Shown: positions 9,294 to 19,339, numbered from the stretch's first letter. The stretch: 64,000 bases of DNA from an uncultured Pseudomonadales bacterium (GCA_964603945.1 CAZRWP010000003.1:6830-70829); one strand, 5' to 3'. Translations and numbers: made by a program. The notes: a model not told the origin generated them from the letters alone.

Positions 9294-9365
9294 GACTTAA
9301 ATTAATCAGCCATTGTCCACCTCGCTCTCTTGTGTCTCTCGAGATTTCACGTACAATAGTTTTAC

Positions 9366-11252
9366 ATGTACCGGTGGCTATTTAAGACCATTTCCTTTTT
9401 ATTGGCCGTCACTTGGCTGGCGACAAATTTGCTAACTCCGGTGGCAGTTTTGGCACAGGCTGATCCAGAAGACGATGAAACAACTGAAATCGGAGGCGCC
9501 ACCTTCAGTCGAGATGACTTTGAAGCCGCCATCAACTCACCTACTCCTAACCTGGCAAATACAACTGCTTATGTATTAACCACGATCAGTGTAATGTTGG
9601 TAAATTCAGTTAGCCCATCAAAGTTGGTGCAAAACCCAGATGGCGCAGCAATACCAGGAAGTACCCACTACGCCTCCTCCACTCCAAGAACTCTCGACAA
9701 CGCTCTTAATAATGGAGGTTTAATAGGCGGTGTCGCTTTTCTAACCGCCGAGTTGGTTCGCAATCCTCCAGCTTCTGGTTCAGAATACATCGCATACATC
9801 ATGCACGAATCTCCACTGATTCCGCAAACAGCTTACGCTCAGGGGTTTGGAGTTGGCTTTGGCGCTCTAAGTCCTATTCTTAGTACTTGGGCGGCTTTTA
9901 GAGATGTAGCTTACTTTTTATTAACTCTGATTTTCTTGACGATTGGTATTTTGATTATTTTCCGCAAAAAAGTCAGTGGCAATGTAGCCGTAACGGTGCA
10001 AAGTGCCCTCCCCCGTCTGATTATTACCTTAATCTTAATTACTTTTTCCTACGCTATTGCCGGCTTCATTGTCGACCTGATGTTCTGGGCTATTTATTTT
10101 GTGGTGATAATTTTTAGTAGTTTACTGAATGAACCAATAGATTTTAAAATCGCCAGCGACCCTACACTACGAGAATTTGCCCTAGACACCAATTTATTTA
10201 CCATTTTATTCCAATATGTAATTGCTGGAGGAGCCGGTAATGCGGCAAATGCTCTATCAACAATAGTAATGAAAGCTTTAACGGGCATTCCTTTCCTTGG
10301 TGGAGATCCAGGATCGTGGCTAGGAAGTATTCTTAGTTTTGGTTTAGACATTTTATTTACCCTAATAATTGGTGTCGCCATCCTAATTCAATCATTCCGA
10401 GTCTTCTTTCAGCTTCTAATGTCCTACGCTGGATTTGTAATTAATGTCGTACTGAGCCCATTTGTCCTTCTCCAAGGTGCAATCCCTGGCAAAGACCCCT
10501 TTATGAAGTGGTTAAAAAATCTAATTGCCGGCTTAGCTCCCTTTGTCGTGGTGGTGTTTATGCTATTTATGGCCTTCACCTTGTCTGGTAAAAACACTAA
10601 GCCTGGTGTTGGCTATGATGTAAACAACCCCAGCACAGCAGGCCTGCGACTACCACTTCTATTAACTGGTGATGTCTCAGGCAATGGCATCATGGGACTC
10701 TTAGCCATTGGCTTTATCATGCTATTACCAGAAGCCGTAAATATGACCAAGAAAGCTCTCGGCGCCTCCGGCGGACCGCTTGATGAGTTCAAAGACAAAG
10801 CTGTAGGGAACTTCAAGCAAGGTTGGGAAGGAAATAAGTACGTTCCAGGAGCTAAAACAGGTCTGCGCAATATGGCCGCTGGAGCTGGCGCCGGCATGGC
10901 GGGTGGTTTCGTAGCAGGCGACAAATTGTCTCAAGATCGTAGTCGACCGGTCAGGTGGGCTGCAAAAGGTGCCGGTGCTATACTTGGTACTGGCCTCGGC
11001 GGGGCATTCGGAGGAGCATACACAGCTGCCTCTCCGCCTTTAAAAGTGATTAATGAAAAGATTTTAAAACCAGTAACGCCAGTTGTTTCTCGCGTCAACA
11101 AAGAAGGCGTTAGGGTTAATGAGTTTATTGAGCAACAAAGAGCAAGAAAGCAGCTTGAGAGAGACGGCGAGCGACAGGAGGCTTCCACAAACAGAACCAG
11201 TAGTGGTGAGCCCGTTAATCCTTCACAGGGAGGTGGGGCTGTTGCTCCATAA
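9366..11252 (+). CDS. VirB6/TrbL-like polytopic membrane protein (inferred)
   Basis: 628 aa; N-terminal signal/TM, ~140-aa extracytoplasmic loop, 6 or more TM helices, and a Gly/Ala-rich hydrophilic C-terminal tail. AT-rich coding sequence. Confidence 0.35.
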   Translation: MYRWLFKTISFLLAVTWLATNLLTPVAVLAQADPEDDETTEIGGATFSRDDFEAAINSPTPNLANTTAYVLTTISVMLVNSVSPSKLVQNPDGAAIPGSTHYASSTPRTLDNALNNGGLIGGVAFLTAELVRNPPASGSEYIAYIMHESPLIPQTAYAQGFGVGFGALSPILSTWAAFRDVAYFLLTLIFLTIGILIIFRKKVSGNVAVTVQSALPRLIITLILITFSYAIAGFIVDLMFWAIYFVVIIFSSLLNEPIDFKIASDPTLREFALDTNLFTILFQYVIAGGAGNAANALSTIVMKALTGIPFLGGDPGSWLGSILSFGLDILFTLIIGVAILIQSFRVFFQLLMSYAGFVINVVLSPFVLLQGAIPGKDPFMKWLKNLIAGLAPFVVVVFMLFMAFTLSGKNTKPGVGYDVNNPSTAGLRLPLLLTGDVSGNGIMGLLAIGFIMLLPEAVNMTKKALGASGGPLDEFKDKAVGNFKQGWEGNKYVPGAKTGLRNMAAGAGAGMAGGFVAGDKLSQDRSRPVRWAAKGAGAILGTGLGGAFGGAYTAASPPLKVINEKILKPVTPVVSRVNKEGVRVNEFIEQQRARKQLERDGERQEASTNRTSSGEPVNPSQGGGAVAP

Positions 11253-11288
11253 CCATTTAATTAAATTTGAAACTTTTTTATAACCTAA

Positions 11289-14200
11289 TTATTTTTCTGA
11301 CTGAAACAAACCCATTAAGGTCTTTCCTGAATTAAATAGCTCTCCCCATGTGTATTTAACACCCATAAGCTTGAGAAGTTTCATAAATTGAGCCTTGGTA
11401 AATAAGTTTTGTCCCTCGATGTGTGGAAGTTCTTTCTCAACTGAGTCAATCCAGCCCTCTTTGTGAGCAACTCTCAATATTTTCTTAAATCCAGTCACCA
11501 GGGGACCCACCAGCACACCATCAAAATTACGATTACGATACATCTCTCGAATTTCAGCAGAAACTATAATACCAAGTAATAGATAGTCTTCTGGACTTAA
11601 CTTTTCGATAACATCCCCCTCATACGAAGCCATTGTCATCACTTGTGTAAATTTATGCTTAACTAACAAATCTTTTGGATTAACTATTGGACCACCATTT
11701 GGCGGAACAACTGTAAATACCATTTCTTTAACCCCATCATCTGCTACATGAAGAGCTGAAGAATTATACCTCTTGTCCCTCTTCATCTCATCTGGTATCC
11801 AATAAGCCAGATCTACTGGTTCCATTTGAATAAACAAGTGAGAGCGTACGAGTAGTTCTTTATAATCACCATCTCCAGATGAATTTGTAGCACCTGGTTT
11901 TTTCACAATTATTCTTACAAACTGGCCGGATTTCAAAGCTTCCTCTTTAGACACACCCGGATTAATTGGTTCTCCGGCTTCATCATACATCATCCAGTAA
12001 GTGTCAATTTTTCTGATCGTATCAATTACTTCAGCTGCAAATCGCCCATTAACTTTAGCCGGCTGATTCGTTTTAAAATCCAAAGATCCCAACTCAAGCA
12101 GATTTCCTGATGAAAAACCATTCATGCAGCGCTTAGCCAAGGCAAACATATGCTTCATATGTCCAAGCCATTGATAAGTAGCATCCGGAGGTAATTGATC
12201 AAATGGAATGTCAGCCCAACTACGAGCATGAGTAATATGATCTTTAAGAGTTCTTACTACACCATGCCTATTTTTTAGGACAAAATAGTCAAAAAAGGTT
12301 AAAAAGAAGGATTGCATTAAAATTAGAGACTCATTAATAGAACCAGTTTTTTCATCTCTTTCACCATTTAGATACTTCAAGGCGGCAAGAATCGGATTCA
12401 TCAAAATCTGCATTCTTTCAACACCTTCTGGAGATCCAAAGTTTTGTTTTTTTCCTTTTAGTCTCGCATCTTGAAAGTCTGCTTCTAATCCCAACTCACA
12501 CATCCACTCAGCAAAGTACATGGCAATTGTTGAAAACGGATACATTGCCTCCATTGCACTTGAGGATAGTGCTTCTGCGACTCCTTTCTTAATAGATGGA
12601 TCAAATTGATCATTAAAAGCTTTGGCTTCTTCATTGTTGAGACTTTCATTTTTAGCATCTAAGAATTGGTTTAAAGTACCCATAACGCTAGAACCATTTG
12701 GTTCCGATAATCCCCTTGACTCAATCTCAGTAATTTTCCTTTCCACTGACTCACGAATCTTCTCAGGCAATAATTGTGTAATAACTAAATTTCTTCTTGC
12801 CAAAGCCCTGGCAAAAGAATCTGATATCACGCTTGAAGTAGGTAAAACAGACCTCTTTAAACGCTTAGTTACCAATTGTTTAACACTATGAGTACCAAAC
12901 CTGAAACCCGGTCTTAAGCTCGAAGGAATACTAGGTTCAATTATTGTATATTGATCTGAATAAGGAATTGCCATGTCAGGTGGTAAGCCCTGATCATTAC
13001 GAATTTTTTGTTCACGCTTTTCTAGTTCATCAACACTGTTATATCCCCTCCCTCTAAGAAATACTTGTTGCAAAGCTATGCGTATTTGCTCGCCGATTGG
13101 CAAATTATCAGGTCCAAACTCTGACCCTTCTACCCAGCGATTTTGACTCTCAATATGGAGGGGCAATAAGAATCTATCATCAGCAAGTTCTGCCAACAAT
13201 TTCCAAACAATTGGATGAAACCATTTATTCTCTCTTGCGTCAGAAGAATAAAATTCTTCATACTGTTCAACAGTTTTTGACCCCATTGCCCTAGTACCAT
13301 CGGTTGCTAGAAGATCAAGCATCCACAAATACCCATTTAGCATTTCATCTTTAGCTATAAGTGCCGCTCCTCTAAATTCTGGGTCAACTTGCAAGTCATA
13401 TGCTTCAATAACTTGCTTAAGCGTCATTTGCTGAGATGGAATGGCGCTAGCATCGACAGTTTCTGTAAGTGCAAATGCTATACCTCCAATAGGGGGTATA
13501 ACACCTCTTTCAGGATCTCTCTGTCCAAAAGCCTTCTCCATTGCTAATGAAATAAGATGTCTATTAATAACTTCATACCGCTCAACCGGATCTTTTATTT
13601 CTAAAATATACTCAGCCCCATTTTGAACCAGAATATTTATAGCCGGATTGCTCATTTCGCGGTTTTTGCGCTCTTTTAACTTTGCCGCTTCTGCGTCTAA
13701 TTTATCTGCTGCTTTTTTAGCAGCTCTTTCCGCGCGCTTAGCAAGAAGATCTGTTCTACGTTCATCGTAAAGTGCAGCCTTAATTGCTTCTATATCATTG
13801 GTATGAGCGGCATTATTGATAATCTCTAACAGCTGACGTTCTAAATTTAACTTATCTACATCATCAATAATTTTCTGTAGTCTTACCTCCAAGTCTGAAT
13901 CTGTTATTCCAACGAGATCATTGGCTGCCCTCTGCTTTTCCAGGGACTTTTTTTCTGTGTCAAAGGTCAGTAGCTGATCATCAATCTCATTAATTCTTGA
14001 CTCTGTGAGAGAAATGATTATCCTAACTTGATTGAGTTGTTCAGCCTGATCAATTGTCCTGTTTTCTATGTCAACAATTGTTTGTCGCAATAGTTCATCA
14101 ATTTCCTTAAATTCAGGACTTAAATCTATGCTTCCTGCAGCTTTTCTCTTTGGTATGAACTTATCAGCCCACTCTTCAAATGATCTATTGACAAATAAAT

Positions 14201-14591
14201 CTTCATCGTTCATTAGTTCGAGCAACTGATTTAAAAGTTTTTCCTCAATCAACATTTTTTCTTCTTCATCCTTAGAAATTCCAGGAACCGCCTTTTCGAC
14301 CGAAATGTCTTTTATTCGCTGTCTAGTGGTTTCCCTGATTGTATTTAGCCTTACTAATTGATTATTTTCACTTAAAGCTCCTGACCTGGCCTGGTGAATT
14401 AATAATGCTAAATTATCAGTAATTATTCTAAAAGGCGTTCCTGCCTTCAAAATACCTGGGTGAAAATCAGGTGAAGCAATTCCACTTGCATCATAAGCAG
14501 CTTTATTCATTGCGATATCGCGCAGAAATTTAAATGAGGGGTTTATACTTTCAATCTGCGACATAATCAAGTTTATTTTAACATCAATCAA
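11289..14591 (-). CDS. Large (1100 aa) coiled-coil-rich hypothetical protein; no recognisable catalytic motif
   Basis: Long uninterrupted ORF 6 nt downstream of the 435-aa gene on the same strand; central charged heptad-like segments (RAERAAKKAADKLDAEAAKLKERK); no Walker A and no TM. Very AT-rich codon usage. Confidence 0.6.
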   Translation of the reverse strand: MIDVKINLIMSQIESINPSFKFLRDIAMNKAAYDASGIASPDFHPGILKAGTPFRIITDNLALLIHQARSGALSENNQLVRLNTIRETTRQRIKDISVEKAVPGISKDEEEKMLIEEKLLNQLLELMNDEDLFVNRSFEEWADKFIPKRKAAGSIDLSPEFKEIDELLRQTIVDIENRTIDQAEQLNQVRIIISLTESRINEIDDQLLTFDTEKKSLEKQRAANDLVGITDSDLEVRLQKIIDDVDKLNLERQLLEIINNAAHTNDIEAIKAALYDERRTDLLAKRAERAAKKAADKLDAEAAKLKERKNREMSNPAINILVQNGAEYILEIKDPVERYEVINRHLISLAMEKAFGQRDPERGVIPPIGGIAFALTETVDASAIPSQQMTLKQVIEAYDLQVDPEFRGAALIAKDEMLNGYLWMLDLLATDGTRAMGSKTVEQYEEFYSSDARENKWFHPIVWKLLAELADDRFLLPLHIESQNRWVEGSEFGPDNLPIGEQIRIALQQVFLRGRGYNSVDELEKREQKIRNDQGLPPDMAIPYSDQYTIIEPSIPSSLRPGFRFGTHSVKQLVTKRLKRSVLPTSSVISDSFARALARRNLVITQLLPEKIRESVERKITEIESRGLSEPNGSSVMGTLNQFLDAKNESLNNEEAKAFNDQFDPSIKKGVAEALSSSAMEAMYPFSTIAMYFAEWMCELGLEADFQDARLKGKKQNFGSPEGVERMQILMNPILAALKYLNGERDEKTGSINESLILMQSFFLTFFDYFVLKNRHGVVRTLKDHITHARSWADIPFDQLPPDATYQWLGHMKHMFALAKRCMNGFSSGNLLELGSLDFKTNQPAKVNGRFAAEVIDTIRKIDTYWMMYDEAGEPINPGVSKEEALKSGQFVRIIVKKPGATNSSGDGDYKELLVRSHLFIQMEPVDLAYWIPDEMKRDKRYNSSALHVADDGVKEMVFTVVPPNGGPIVNPKDLLVKHKFTQVMTMASYEGDVIEKLSPEDYLLLGIIVSAEIREMYRNRNFDGVLVGPLVTGFKKILRVAHKEGWIDSVEKELPHIEGQNLFTKAQFMKLLKLMGVKYTWGELFNSGKTLMGLFQSEK

Positions 14592-14597
14592 CCAACA

Positions 14598-15905
14598 CTA
14601 ATCTTCTTTCTTAAAAGTAACTCTCGCGGACTGTTCCAAAAGATACTGAATTACTTCAGCAGACAAATTTATTGATTTTTTGTCAGGCAAATCCGATTTT
14701 TTGCCTTCAAGATTTTTTTTGATTGCATAAGCAACTCTTTCCTTAATGTCCTCAATAAGTTTGACTTTTTCTTCAGGATCCTCTGCCTTTTTAGGAGCGG
14801 ATAGAAGATCTCGTACTTCAGTCTGCAAGTTGATCTCTTCAATTTTCTTTTCTTCTTTAAACAAATAAAGGTAAAACTTTTTTTTATCTTCTTCACTTTC
14901 CATTGAGGCTTTCAAGAATTCCATTGTTGTGTCTTCCAAATCATTTTTGGCTTCAACTCCATCTCTATATAACCTGTCTCCGTAGCCAAATCCTGATTTA
15001 TCAACTGCAAATATTAATGAAATAAAATCACTTACACCGGGAATTCCCTCCGACCAGTCATCAACGCCTTTTTGCATATCTTTAAATGAAGAAAAAAATG
15101 AGGCTTGCTTTTCACTATCCCATTTTTCTGACAACCCCTGTCGAGCCACACTATCCTCAATCTGCAGATAAACTTCTAGCAAATGAGATGTCGTCTCATA
15201 CTTAGATAAAAACCAGGCTGAGTGCTCTGAAAACAATTTTTTATCATTTTGAAGCTCCTCCCAAGAAAGTTGATCGTCTTGAGAGCCTGTTAAAAACAGT
15301 CTTTCGAGCTCGGCATGATCTTGAAAGCTTGTTAAAAAAGCCAAAGTATCTAAAGTTTGGTTTTTAAATTTTTCAACCTCAATATCCTCGGTTTCAAGCA
15401 GCATTGTTTTTGTTTGTTCTTGAATAATGGAAGAAATGCGATATTTTAATCTTCGAATGTTGTCTATTTTTTTATTGACATCCTCAGTTTTTCCTGAATC
15501 ATCACTTTTTTCAACCTTTTGAAGATCGCTTTTAAATCTACTCTCAACTTTGTCTAAAAGCTGAGTAAATTCTGCTAGAGGGGGATTATCGCCGTCAAAG
15601 TGCTCTTTTAATAAGAGATTAACACGCCTTTCCAGTTTAAATTCTTCATCATCTCTTTTTATTCCCTCAACTAATTGCTCAATATTAAAATTCCCTACAA
15701 ATTGCTCTGAATTTTCTTCCAAATCCTGGTTCTGAGGAAGATTGTTTTCATTTTCAGACCCAGTCGCTAAGTTGTCAGCACCTTTATCATTTCCATCATT
15801 CTGATTTTCAGGCTGAACCCGAGTTTCCTCTGCTTTTGCTCTAATGTCATCCATCGACATATTTTCACCAGCTATTAAAATCGAAGATTGATTGACTTCT
15901 GCCAT
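14598..15905 (-). CDS. Acidic, low-complexity/coiled-coil hypothetical protein (435 aa), first gene of a two-gene operon divergent from dnaA
   Basis: The ORF starts 217 bp from the dnaA start on the opposite strand; the N-terminal 70 aa are Asn/Glu/Asp/Gln-rich; AT-rich. Confidence 0.55.
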   Translation of the reverse strand: MAEVNQSSILIAGENMSMDDIRAKAEETRVQPENQNDGNDKGADNLATGSENENNLPQNQDLEENSEQFVGNFNIEQLVEGIKRDDEEFKLERRVNLLLKEHFDGDNPPLAEFTQLLDKVESRFKSDLQKVEKSDDSGKTEDVNKKIDNIRRLKYRISSIIQEQTKTMLLETEDIEVEKFKNQTLDTLAFLTSFQDHAELERLFLTGSQDDQLSWEELQNDKKLFSEHSAWFLSKYETTSHLLEVYLQIEDSVARQGLSEKWDSEKQASFFSSFKDMQKGVDDWSEGIPGVSDFISLIFAVDKSGFGYGDRLYRDGVEAKNDLEDTTMEFLKASMESEEDKKKFYLYLFKEEKKIEEINLQTEVRDLLSAPKKAEDPEEKVKLIEDIKERVAYAIKKNLEGKKSDLPDKKSINLSAEVIQYLLEQSARVTFKKED

Positions 15906-15986
15906 ACTTACACAGATTAGTATGGTTTTTGCTTATATGCAACTTTAATAACCGAGATTTTCTCCCCCTTGCCAACCCAACCCGAT

Positions 15987-16006
15987 TGTGGATATATTGT
16001 GGATAA
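15987..16006. promoter_or_regulatory. Two tandem DnaA boxes upstream of dnaA (TGTGGATAT, TGTGGATAA)
   Basis: TGTGGATAA is the exact reverse complement of the consensus TTATCCACA; likely dnaA autoregulation/origin flank. Confidence 0.6.
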
Positions 16007-16122
16007 CTTTACATGGAGGAGCTGAGGGTTTATCTGGAGGAGTGAGTCGCTAAATTCACTCACCTTTTCAACCGGCGACCTCAAGTAATTTTAAAACCAG
16101 CCTGCCTGAATTAGAAATTATT

Positions 16123-17760
16123 ATGACAACTACTGAGCCTCAACTTGTATGGTCCGCAGTCTTACGTGATCTATCCAAATCAATGTCCTCCTCTAGTTTT
16201 TCAACCTGGATTAAGCCATTAAAGATTGAGTCTATTGAGGCAGTGGGAGATGGTCACGCCATAGTTAAAATTTCAGCGGCCAGTCCATATGTGGCTGAGC
16301 AAGCCGAAATGCGCTGTTATGCTCAGTTAAAACAGATCATTGATCGCTCTACGGGGCGTGCTTGCGATTTGACTTTTGATATTAGTGGTGGGGTGGGAAA
16401 TACCGCTGTAAAAGATACTCTGTCAAATGAGAATGGTTCTCAGTCAAATACAATAGATGTTCAGCCAATTGAGGAAGAAGATGATAATCACTCCAATTTT
16501 ATTAACCGCTCTAAAGCTGACAATAAAACCCATCCAACTTATCAAAACGCGCAAATTAATCCCAATATTAGTCATCAAACCGGCCCCAGTAATTCGCCGC
16601 TTTTTAGCCCGGACTCCAGTAGACCATCAAGACCTGGCTCTAAAAAATCCAGCGCAACTAGCGACGCCCCTTCTCTATTTAGTCAGGCTCAAATCCGCAT
16701 TCCCACTGTTGACCGCCACAAGCTGGCGGCCCAAAAAGCCCATCTGCGCGAGGATTATACCTTTGACAGTTTTGCCGTTTCGGGCTCTAATGAAATGGCT
16801 CATGCGGCCGCCAGCGCCGTGGCGGCTAGCCCCGGGCAAGTTTATAACCCGCTGTTTTTGTGGGGCGGAGTTGGTGTTGGCAAAACCCATTTAATGCAGG
16901 CGATTGGCAATACTATTCTCAAAAATGATCCTGACACACCCCTTACTTATTGCATGGGTGAAGAATTTTTAAATGAGATCATTGGGGCAATTCGTAGTAA
17001 GCGTACTTTGGAATTTAAGGAGAAATATCGCCGGCTTAAAGTTTTACTAATTGATGATATTCAGTTTATTGCCGGCAAAGATACGGCTCAGGAAGAGTTC
17101 TTTCACACTTTTAACGCCATTACCCGAAGTGGTGGGCAGGTAATTATGACCTCTGACCGACCACCTTATGAAATTCATCCTTTAGAGGACCGTTTAAGAA
17201 GCCGGTTTGAGGGCGGCCTAACAATTGATATTCAGCAACCGACTTTTGAGCTTAGAACAGCAATTTTACTTATCAAATCGCAGAAAATGGGACTTGATCT
17301 ACCAATGAATTTGGCTCAAATTATTGCCTCGGAGGTGGAGAGCACCCGTAAATTGGAAGGTGTAATTTACAAACTCCACAGCGCTCACCGTTTTCAAAAC
17401 AAACCACTTGATGAACATTTAGTCAGGGAAGTTTTAGGCAATGAAAGCCGGCCGGTAATTTCAAGAAAAAAACTTAAACCATCTGCTATTTTACGGGCGG
17501 TAACGTCACATTTCCACGTCAGCGCCAGCACTCTCCGCGGCCCATCTCGCAAGAAAGACTACGTCACCGCCCGCCACATCGCTATGTACTTACTCAAATC
17601 GGAATTAGATGTTCCCTACGCAGAAATCGGCCATTCCTTTGGCGGGCGCGACCACACTTCAATTATGCACGCCGTTTCTAAAATTGAGAATGAAATGGCC
17701 GATAGCTCAATTATCAATCAGCATGTCAATGCGATCCGGTCTTCGCTGTCGGCAATGTAG
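16123..17760 (+). CDS. dnaA: Chromosomal replication initiator DnaA
   Basis: AAA+ Walker A GGVGVGKTHL, the C-terminal DNA-binding domain and typical position before dnaN. Confidence 0.95.
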   Translation: MTTTEPQLVWSAVLRDLSKSMSSSSFSTWIKPLKIESIEAVGDGHAIVKISAASPYVAEQAEMRCYAQLKQIIDRSTGRACDLTFDISGGVGNTAVKDTLSNENGSQSNTIDVQPIEEEDDNHSNFINRSKADNKTHPTYQNAQINPNISHQTGPSNSPLFSPDSSRPSRPGSKKSSATSDAPSLFSQAQIRIPTVDRHKLAAQKAHLREDYTFDSFAVSGSNEMAHAAASAVAASPGQVYNPLFLWGGVGVGKTHLMQAIGNTILKNDPDTPLTYCMGEEFLNEIIGAIRSKRTLEFKEKYRRLKVLLIDDIQFIAGKDTAQEEFFHTFNAITRSGGQVIMTSDRPPYEIHPLEDRLRSRFEGGLTIDIQQPTFELRTAILLIKSQKMGLDLPMNLAQIIASEVESTRKLEGVIYKLHSAHRFQNKPLDEHLVREVLGNESRPVISRKKLKPSAILRAVTSHFHVSASTLRGPSRKKDYVTARHIAMYLLKSELDVPYAEIGHSFGGRDHTSIMHAVSKIENEMADSSIINQHVNAIRSSLSAM

Positions 17761-17879
17761 TTTTTTTGCCCTGCCCTACTCCACCTCGATTTCCTGTCAA
17801 CTTGATTCTAATTGTTATAAGAATGTTTGTTTTACCTGGCAAAATCACATCAAATTAGTAAAAAGCAATGGATATTGAA

Positions 17880-18160
17880 CAACTCGGAGGATAACTAATT
17901 TTACAAAAAAGAAAGGGTGTCCAGATAAAAAATCGCATTTTACTCAATTGCCATAAGTTATTTTTCCACAACTTATGCACAATTGTGAATAAATTCGGTG
18001 GATATCCTGTGAGTAACCGCGGTAAAACTTATCCACTTCTCCCCATCAGCCATCATCCAAGAAAAAGTTATTCGCTTTTTAAATAAGTTATCCCTACTCC
18101 TCCACAAAAGTATCCACTGTCTGATAGAGTACACTCACACACGAAACAAAAACGAACTAG
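17880..18160. promoter_or_regulatory. Putative oriC in the dnaA–dnaN spacer: AT-rich tract plus a cluster of DnaA-box-like 9-mers
   Basis: TTTTCCACA (17962), GTGGATATC (17998), TTATCCAC (18029), AGTTATCCC (18087) and AGTATCCAC (18111), plus an AT-rich stretch at 17880–17960. Confidence 0.55.
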
Positions 18161-18229
18161 TTGAGCGGCGCCGGCGGAGTTTTACACTTGTTCGCACGCC
18201 TACTACTACTTCTACTAGAATATATATAC

Positions 18230-19339
18230 ATGAAGTTAATAATCGAACAATCCAACTTAGTTACTAAGCTTAATTCAGCAAGTAGGTTTACAGCTAATAA
18301 AAGCTCGTCTCCTCTTTTAAGCGGATACTACCTGTCAGCTTTAAAGGATAATCAATTAATTATTAGAACCAGTTCTGGCTCAGTTGTTTATGAAAGTCGC
18401 GTGGAGGCAAAAGTTGAGTCAGTTGGCTCCTGCGCAGTTCCGGCAGGTCTAATGCTCTCAATTATTAAATCTTTAGAAGCTGGAGAAATTGAGTTTAATC
18501 TAACTGAGGATAGCTTGGAAATCGTTCAAAAAAGATCCCGTTCACAAATTTCCATTATGTTGGCTGATAATTTTCCAGATCTTCATCGGGATCAACTTAA
18601 AGAAAAACTGGTTTTGCCAGTTGAGGAATTCGTTAAATATGGCCAGCGCGTTCTGATCGCCGCTAGTACAGATGAAACTAAACCGGTTTTAACATCCTTA
18701 GCGATGGAAATGTCTCAGCCGAATGCTTTAGTTACAACTGATGGATTTAGACTCTATCGAAATCAAGTTGACTTATCTCTGGACGAGGAAGGTCGGTTTT
18801 TGTTGCCGGCCAGAGTCCTCAAAGATTTCTTTGCCATTTTAGAAAAAGATTCAGCATCAACTATTACTTGCTGGACCGATTCGGATCGGCAAGAAATCTT
18901 ATTTGACCTTGGTGAAACAGCTTTGCAGGTTAGCGCGATTCAGGGAGAGTTCCCACCATATCAGTCAATTATTCCGGATAACGTTGCTTTTTCACTGCAA
19001 GTTGATAAAGAATCTCTGGTTCAGCGTGTCAATCAGGCCATGATTTTTGCCCGCGAATTTTCATCCATTATTGTTTTTGACATGGATAAAAAAGACTTGG
19101 TAATTTCATCTCAAACTAATACTAAGGGGAAAACGGAATCTAGATTAACTTGTAACTCAATTGAGGGTGAACCGGTTCGTTTTGCTTGTAATGGCAAGTA
19201 CGTCCAGGATTATTTAAACGCTACGGAAGCTGAAGAAATCAGGATTCAGGGTAACGAATCGTTAAAACCAGTTTTGTTTTCTGATGCTGAAAGCGACCGC
19301 GAGCTTTATCTGATTATGCCTTTTAAATTACAGGAGTAA
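18230..19339 (+). CDS. dnaN: DNA polymerase III beta subunit (sliding clamp)
   Basis: Start at MKLIIEQSNL (internal Met of the ORF-track entry beginning 18161); ~370 aa; position after dnaA. Confidence 0.85.
   Translation: MKLIIEQSNLVTKLNSASRFTANKSSSPLLSGYYLSALKDNQLIIRTSSGSVVYESRVEAKVESVGSCAVPAGLMLSIIKSLEAGEIEFNLTEDSLEIVQKRSRSQISIMLADNFPDLHRDQLKEKLVLPVEEFVKYGQRVLIAASTDETKPVLTSLAMEMSQPNALVTTDGFRLYRNQVDLSLDEEGRFLLPARVLKDFFAILEKDSASTITCWTDSDRQEILFDLGETALQVSAIQGEFPPYQSIIPDNVAFSLQVDKESLVQRVNQAMIFAREFSSIIVFDMDKKDLVISSQTNTKGKTESRLTCNSIEGEPVRFACNGKYVQDYLNATEAEEIRIQGNESLKPVLFSDAESDRELYLIMPFKLQE

Noticed and set aside
11289-14591. Assigning the 1100-aa protein as a VirB4/VirD4-type T4SS ATPase because of its position next to VirB6-like
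   Set aside because: No Walker A (GxxxxGK[ST]) or Walker B motifs are present. The only GKT (…FNSGKTLMG) is at the extreme C-terminus with wrong spacing.
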